A stretch of 51,483 bases of DNA, taken from positions 1 through 51,483 of the forward strand of contig JBHLRQ010000011.1 in the NCBI GenBank assembly GCA_048882385.1, read 5' to 3'. Below are positions 46,745-51,483 of the stretch, piece by piece (the first letter of the stretch is position 1; every line of letters starts with the position of its first letter). The notes beneath the pieces were generated by a model that saw only the letters and a list, made by a program, of their open reading frames with translations, was not told the origin of the DNA and made no database searches. Origin of the DNA: Candidatus Thorarchaeota archaeon. GTDB taxonomy: Archaea > Asgardarchaeota > Thorarchaeia > Thorarchaeales > Thorarchaeaceae. A program made the translations under genes and the position numbers.

Positions 46745-48403
46745 ATGAGGTTCTTTGGTCATCTCATCAAAGGTGAAATATCAAAACGCATTGAGGGGAA
46801 AACAAGTTACTTCCCAAATATGAACAAAGCCATTGAAGAACCTCGATTGCTTTATGCAGTTGCTCTCAGACAACAAGGGTCATTTGGTAGATTCATGGCA
46901 AGATACTTTTCGAGTCAGTTACCAAGTAATGTACCTGAGATTCGACTTTTGAAGGACTACATCAAAGCTCATGGATATCCTGAGGCTTCAAAAGACGAGA
47001 TCGAAGATTTGATGTTCGCAGAATATGCTATGGGTGGACCTCGTGAAGCGGCTGAGGCATGCGAAGAAGCTCATAACATTCGTCATTTAATGCATAAAGA
47101 GCATTATAAGAAAGGCAAGGGACTGACTCTCAAAGAACGTGCCGAGGGACTTGTCAAAGTTGGCGAAACTCTCTGGAAGCATTTCGATGATTTCCGAGAG
47201 ATTGGTATTGCAGAGGGGACTCCTGTAAAATTGTTTGATTGGCAAACCGAGGGAGTCTTTAGTACACTAAACAAGAAACATATTGATTTTGCTAGCTCAA
47301 GAATTGAGTCAGAGAAAATCCCCTGTTCAAAAGAGGGTGAAACCACAGTATTGAGCCGATATCCCTTTGGAGCGGTGGGCATCTTTCCTCCCTATAATGC
47401 AGCTATTGGTTTGGGTGGAATGGCTATTATCTCAAGCTATTGGGCAGGGAATGCCACAGTGACAAGAACACCTTCGAAAATGCCACTTACAAATATGGAA
47501 TTGGCATACGTCTTGACAGAAGCTATGAGAGAATTGGAATTTCCACACAGTGCATTCCAGTCAATTATCGGACCAGCTCGAAGTATAGCCAATTACATGG
47601 TGAACGAGTCACCCCTAAATGCAATGGTATATTATGGTGATTCTGATATCGGTCTTGAACTGATGTCACAGGCAGTGAGAAGGGGGCTCCATTTCATTCC
47701 AGAGCTTGCTGGAAGTGGTGCAAGTCTTGTCTGGAAAGATGTGGATATTGACAAAGTGGCAGAATTTGTGAATCATGCGCGTTTCTTTGGTTCTGGGCAA
47801 ATCTGCTTAGCTGCCAAGAGACTATTTTTGCATGAAGAAATCTATGATGATTTTATCGAAGTACTTGTTGAAAAGAGTCAAAAACTGAAAGTAGGTCTCG
47901 CTTCGGATCCAAATACAGACTTACCAATAATGGGTGCTCGCGCTCTCTACCAGAACATTGACATGATAAAAGAAGCATTGAGCAAAGGAGCAGTGTTGGA
48001 AACTGGCGGATATCGACTTAATGCTCAGGGGGAACGTGATTCGTCAGGTCTGTTCTACAAACCCACAATTCTTAGTGATGTTTCACTTGACTGCAAGATG
48101 TGGTACCATGAAACATTCGGTCCAGTATTACCTGTCATGAAGATTAGTTCTTTTGAGGAAGCTATCAATCAAGCCAACAATTCTCCATATGGTCTTAGAA
48201 CATCGGTATATTCTGAAGATCCGGAGATTTGGCAAAGATTCTTCGACGAGATTGATGCTCCAGGAATCGCGGTAAATACAGACCATTTACACTTTGATAA
48301 TTATTATCCTCATTTAGGTGGATTGAAGACCAGTGGTCTATTTGGCGGAAAATACTTCTATGAGATTCTCACCTATCTAAAATACATGCATCTTCCAGCA
48401 TAG
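46745..48403 (+). CDS. Aldehyde dehydrogenase family protein with atypical N-terminus
   Basis: RYPFGAVG, PYN, PELAG, GQICLA, FYKPTIL, ETFGPV, ANNSPYGL; start uncertain (46694/46745). Confidence 0.88.
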   Translation: MRFFGHLIKGEISKRIEGKTSYFPNMNKAIEEPRLLYAVALRQQGSFGRFMARYFSSQLPSNVPEIRLLKDYIKAHGYPEASKDEIEDLMFAEYAMGGPREAAEACEEAHNIRHLMHKEHYKKGKGLTLKERAEGLVKVGETLWKHFDDFREIGIAEGTPVKLFDWQTEGVFSTLNKKHIDFASSRIESEKIPCSKEGETTVLSRYPFGAVGIFPPYNAAIGLGGMAIISSYWAGNATVTRTPSKMPLTNMELAYVLTEAMRELEFPHSAFQSIIGPARSIANYMVNESPLNAMVYYGDSDIGLELMSQAVRRGLHFIPELAGSGASLVWKDVDIDKVAEFVNHARFFGSGQICLAAKRLFLHEEIYDDFIEVLVEKSQKLKVGLASDPNTDLPIMGARALYQNIDMIKEALSKGAVLETGGYRLNAQGERDSSGLFYKPTILSDVSLDCKMWYHETFGPVLPVMKISSFEEAINQANNSPYGLRTSVYSEDPEIWQRFFDEIDAPGIAVNTDHLHFDNYYPHLGGLKTSGLFGGKYFYEILTYLKYMHLPA

Positions 48404-48419
48404 AAATAGAATCTGAGAT

Positions 48420-48905
48420 TCAGAGTAATCGCTCGTACATTTGTACTTGCATGTCCTCAGATTGATAATACGGTTCCCCCCAAGGTCGAAATCCATACTT
48501 CTTCATGAGTTTCTCTCCAACTTCGTGCCCTACAAGGATATTGCAGTAGTTTCTTTTGCAGCCATGCTGACGTCCATATTCTGCAAACTGGATGTACATT
48601 GCAGAAGCCAAGCCTGTTGTTCGACATTCTGGACGAACTGTCTGGTGTTCTCCATACAAACCCTTCTCGGTAATCATGGCTTTATACAGCCCAACTATTC
48701 GCCCTTGTAATCGACTACCAAAGTAATGATGACCATTTCTCATCTCCTCAACAATTTGATCAGGGTTAAGGATTCGTTTCTTCCGCCAGTGCTCGGGATA
48801 TTCTTTAGCGAGGGGCCAAACCTGCATAAACAGCTCTGAGATTTCCTTGGCATCATCTTCGTTAAATTCAATGATTCGAATCTCTTCAGCAGGAAAGTCT
48901 TGCAT
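48420..48905 (-). CDS. GNAT-family N-acetyltransferase
   Basis: VRPECRTTGLASAM (motif A), LMKKYGF; ATG 48905. Confidence 0.8.
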   Translation of the reverse strand: MQDFPAEEIRIIEFNEDDAKEISELFMQVWPLAKEYPEHWRKKRILNPDQIVEEMRNGHHYFGSRLQGRIVGLYKAMITEKGLYGEHQTVRPECRTTGLASAMYIQFAEYGRQHGCKRNYCNILVGHEVGEKLMKKYGFRPWGEPYYQSEDMQVQMYERLL

Positions 48906-48952
48906 ATCACTCGACCTCTCAATTGAGAACATCTTGCTATAACTTCTGGGAT

Positions 48953-50092
48953 TTAGTCTAATTTCGATGCCGCCCAATCATATGCTTCTTGATTTGGTGT
49001 ACATCCTCCACAGCTATGACATCCTGCTAGTGTTTTTTCTGGATTGAGTCCATTTCTGAAAAGAATCTCTCCGACATTGCGGTAGAGATCAATCGATTCA
49101 TCCAAGTGATTTACATATGTAGGAATATAATCAGCCAACTGACTTCCAGCAGAAGGTCGTACTGGTGCAACAATGGGCATTACTCCAACCTCAGCGAGCT
49201 CATTGACTAAAGACAAGGTTTTGCTTCTATCCTCCCCAAGACCATGAAGGATGAATGTACTGACATTCCCCTTGCCAAAGTAGTCAATAGCTTCTTGCCA
49301 GCTACGTTGATACAAATCAAGTGACCCGTACTCATGTTTCCCAGGACAGATCTCCTCGCGGATTGATTCATCAGCACTCTCTATGTGCATACCAACAGCT
49401 GTTGCTCCTGCATCAGCAACCTTTCGTATTATTTCTTTATCGAGGGGAGGTTCAAACTGGACACCGATAGGTACAGAGCTGAATTTGCGAATTGATTCAA
49501 TTGTTCGGACTAGATGCTCAACTCCCATATCTGCAGAATCAGGAGTTCCGGTGGTCAATAGGATATTGTCTATCAAATCCTCTTTCTCTGCAGCAAGAAC
49601 CACCTCAAGTATCTGTTCAGGTTTCTTTTCAAGAACTGTAGCTCCAGCAGTGTGAGAATGAGGAATTGTACAGAATTTACACTGTTTTCCGAATGACCAG
49701 TATCTACATGATTGATAGACAGTAGTTGCTAGAGTTCGGGATCCATGCAGAAGAGCAATTTTGTGGAATTCGATTCCATCACTTGTTTTCATATCAAGGA
49801 TCTTTGGTCGCGGGATAACTTTGAGTTTGACAGAATTGTCATAGAGCCAAATCTCTGGATTTTCAGTTGGCTCAAGAGATGCTGAATTGTATCTCTTAGC
49901 AATCTCACTTGATCGGATTGGGATGCCACAAGGGCGTCCATTGGGAAGAAGGAAATATCTTCCTCCAACTGGACCTGCGCCGCCCTTTCTTCCACGGTCT
50001 TCACCTTGAGGGAGGCTAGCTCCTTGGGTGAGAAGTCGAACTTTGAGTCGGAGACTGTCTTCGGGACTCATTTTATTCACTATATGGTTCAC
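48953..50092 (-). CDS. Radical SAM protein, MSMEG_0568/NitD-like (biotin-synthase related); start uncertain
   Basis: GRKGGAGP, KIALLHG..LATTV, CRYWSFGKQCKFC (CX8CX2C), LTTGTP, QFEPP, GMHIE, PGK, C-terminal CHSCGGC. Confidence 0.85.
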   Translation of the reverse strand: MNHIVNKMSPEDSLRLKVRLLTQGASLPQGEDRGRKGGAGPVGGRYFLLPNGRPCGIPIRSSEIAKRYNSASLEPTENPEIWLYDNSVKLKVIPRPKILDMKTSDGIEFHKIALLHGSRTLATTVYQSCRYWSFGKQCKFCTIPHSHTAGATVLEKKPEQILEVVLAAEKEDLIDNILLTTGTPDSADMGVEHLVRTIESIRKFSSVPIGVQFEPPLDKEIIRKVADAGATAVGMHIESADESIREEICPGKHEYGSLDLYQRSWQEAIDYFGKGNVSTFILHGLGEDRSKTLSLVNELAEVGVMPIVAPVRPSAGSQLADYIPTYVNHLDESIDLYRNVGEILFRNGLNPEKTLAGCHSCGGCTPNQEAYDWAASKLD

Positions 50093-50109
50093 TCCAAACT
50101 ATTTTTACC

Positions 50110-51231
50110 CTAATCTGCTTTCACATTGCGCTTTTTTTGGGCAAGCATCACAAATTCTGGTAGATCGAGTACCTCAATCTCATCTGTCTGAGAAGCTAAC
50201 ATATTTTTGCAGAACGGGCACGTTGTAATTAGAAATGTGGCACCTACAATCTCTGCTTGTTTGATTCGTTCAGAACCTATTTTCTTTGCCTGTTCAGGAA
50301 AAAGCGTTCGAAGACCAGTTCCATTCCCGCAGCAAGTAGCATTTTCTCGATTTCTGTCCATTTCAGCAATAGCAGAGCCAGAAACTTGAGTAATGACATT
50401 TCTTGGAGGGTCATAAATCCCACAGTGCCTTCCAAGGTGGCAAGCATCATGAAATGTGACCTTTCCGTTAAGTTCTGTGGTTGGTAAAGAATCTCTTGAA
50501 TCTGAAAGAACTTCACTGATGTGCTTCACCGGCTTCTTGAGATCAAGACCATGAAGTGGATAGTCTTGAGTTAAAACACGGTAACAACCCGGACAAGAGG
50601 TTACAATCTGGTCATACTCTAGAGCATTAAGAAATTCAACATTGTGCTTTCCTTGTTCTAGACCAGTTTCAACATCTCCTGTTCTGAATGCTGGGGATCC
50701 ACAGCACCATTCATCATCTGAAAGAATTACTCGATGGCCCAATAGTTCGAGTGCAGCCACCGTATCCTCAACTATCCCTTTCTCTCTATATGATGCAAGA
50801 CATCCAGCAAAGTAGAGAATAGGCGTTCCTTTTTTCATTCTAGGCTTCAACCAGTTGTTTCTTTCTGAATGTGGCTCTTCGAGTGGATTGTGATTGGTCT
50901 TTATTGATCTGGTGAGTTTGAGAAGCTCCTTTGGCTGGTTTCCATGCGACACAATTTCTCTTCGCTTAGTTTCTACAAGTGTGGCAATATCTATCTCAGG
51001 TTTGCACCACGTCAAGCAATGGCTACACTCAAGACATTGATATAGTATCTCAACACCTCGACTATCTATGTTACGAGTCCCAACAACTTCCTGGTGAAGA
51101 AGTAGAGCTCTGCCATGAGGAGTGGGAGCATCAGAACGCCACGCAAAAAACGTTGGACACACATGGCGGCACATTTTAGGACAACCTGCACACATGCGTA
51201 CTTGCTCTGCGATGTCTTCAGGAGTTGTCAC
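50110..51231 (-). CDS. (Fe-S)-binding protein, GlpC/HdrD-like with two CCG domains
   Basis: CAGCPKMCRHVCP, CLECSHCLTWC, WCCG, SCPGC, HDACHLGR, CCG, TCPFC. Confidence 0.92.
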   Translation of the reverse strand: MTTPEDIAEQVRMCAGCPKMCRHVCPTFFAWRSDAPTPHGRALLLHQEVVGTRNIDSRGVEILYQCLECSHCLTWCKPEIDIATLVETKRREIVSHGNQPKELLKLTRSIKTNHNPLEEPHSERNNWLKPRMKKGTPILYFAGCLASYREKGIVEDTVAALELLGHRVILSDDEWCCGSPAFRTGDVETGLEQGKHNVEFLNALEYDQIVTSCPGCYRVLTQDYPLHGLDLKKPVKHISEVLSDSRDSLPTTELNGKVTFHDACHLGRHCGIYDPPRNVITQVSGSAIAEMDRNRENATCCGNGTGLRTLFPEQAKKIGSERIKQAEIVGATFLITTCPFCKNMLASQTDEIEVLDLPEFVMLAQKKRNVKAD

Positions 51232-51483
51232 TAACGCACCCCCAATCCAAGCTTTCCAGGATTCATTATTCCGTTAGGATCTAGGATTTCCTTGATTTTT
51301 TTCAGAACAGTAAAACTTGACTCAAGTTCAGCTTCTGCATATGTGCTCCGAGTCAAACCAACACCATGCTGATGACTCATGGTTCCACCTTCTTTCAAGC
51401 ACGCTTCGACACCATCATCCCAAATCTTCGTGTAAGTTTCCCAAGCTGTTTTCGCGTCTGGCAGTGATGTGAAGAATATCATG
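51231..51483 (-). CDS. FAD-linked oxidase (GlcD/alkyl-DHAP-synthase-like), C-terminal fragment; gene starts beyond right edge
   Basis: GGTMSHQHGVG, KEILDPNGIMNPGKL. Confidence 0.88.
   Translation of the reverse strand, partial: MIFFTSLPDAKTAWETYTKIWDDGVEACLKEGGTMSHQHGVGLTRSTYAEAELESSFTVLKKIKEILDPNGIMNPGKLGLGVR

Noticed and set aside
1-51483. CRISPR arrays, tRNA/rRNA genes, transposases, integrases or prophage genes
   Set aside because: No regularly spaced repeats, cloverleaf/T-loop signatures or mobile-element motifs seen by eye; a tRNAscan/Infernal run would be needed to exclude small RNAs

Overview
Gene-dense archaeal DNA, most likely from an Asgard archaeon of the Thorarchaeia type. This is inferred from GGAGTG/GAGGTG ribosome-binding motifs, archaeal PAC2, PDCD5 and tRNA-binding proteins, a longin-wHTH protein and other eukaryote-like domains; it is not confirmed by a marker gene. 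Left to right: (1) a peptide/nickel ABC transporter locus with a partial substrate-binding protein, a tandemly duplicated DppB permease, DppC, DppD and DppF; (2) a GCS2-type carboxylate-amine ligase fused to about six beta-sandwich domains; (3) DUF92, a wHTH-pseudo-PfkB regulator, an ECF-S-like protein, SPFH/NfeD and a CPBP protease; (4) a ~10 kb cluster (19.4-29.9 kb) with three CDC48-N+vWA paralogues, an amidohydrolase, a catalytically degenerate fusion copy of the amidohydrolase+vWA pair, a vwkA-type vWA-wHTH-Ig protein, a HEAT protein and coiled-coil proteins, which is the best candidate for an undescribed system (the CDC48-N+vWA architecture parallels eukaryotic Iml1/DEPDC5); (5) an E2F/DP-like transcription factor with the RRxYD motif; (6) mixed housekeeping and metabolic genes, including an NPRL2-like longin-wHTH protein, a helical-repeat protein with a WH2-like motif, an ACAD-SCP2-MaoC fusion, an ALDH, an MSMEG_0568-like radical SAM enzyme plus GNAT, and a GlpC/GlcD-like pair. 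I saw no rRNA, tRNA, CRISPR array or transposase. All family calls come from motif recognition by eye, not from database searches.
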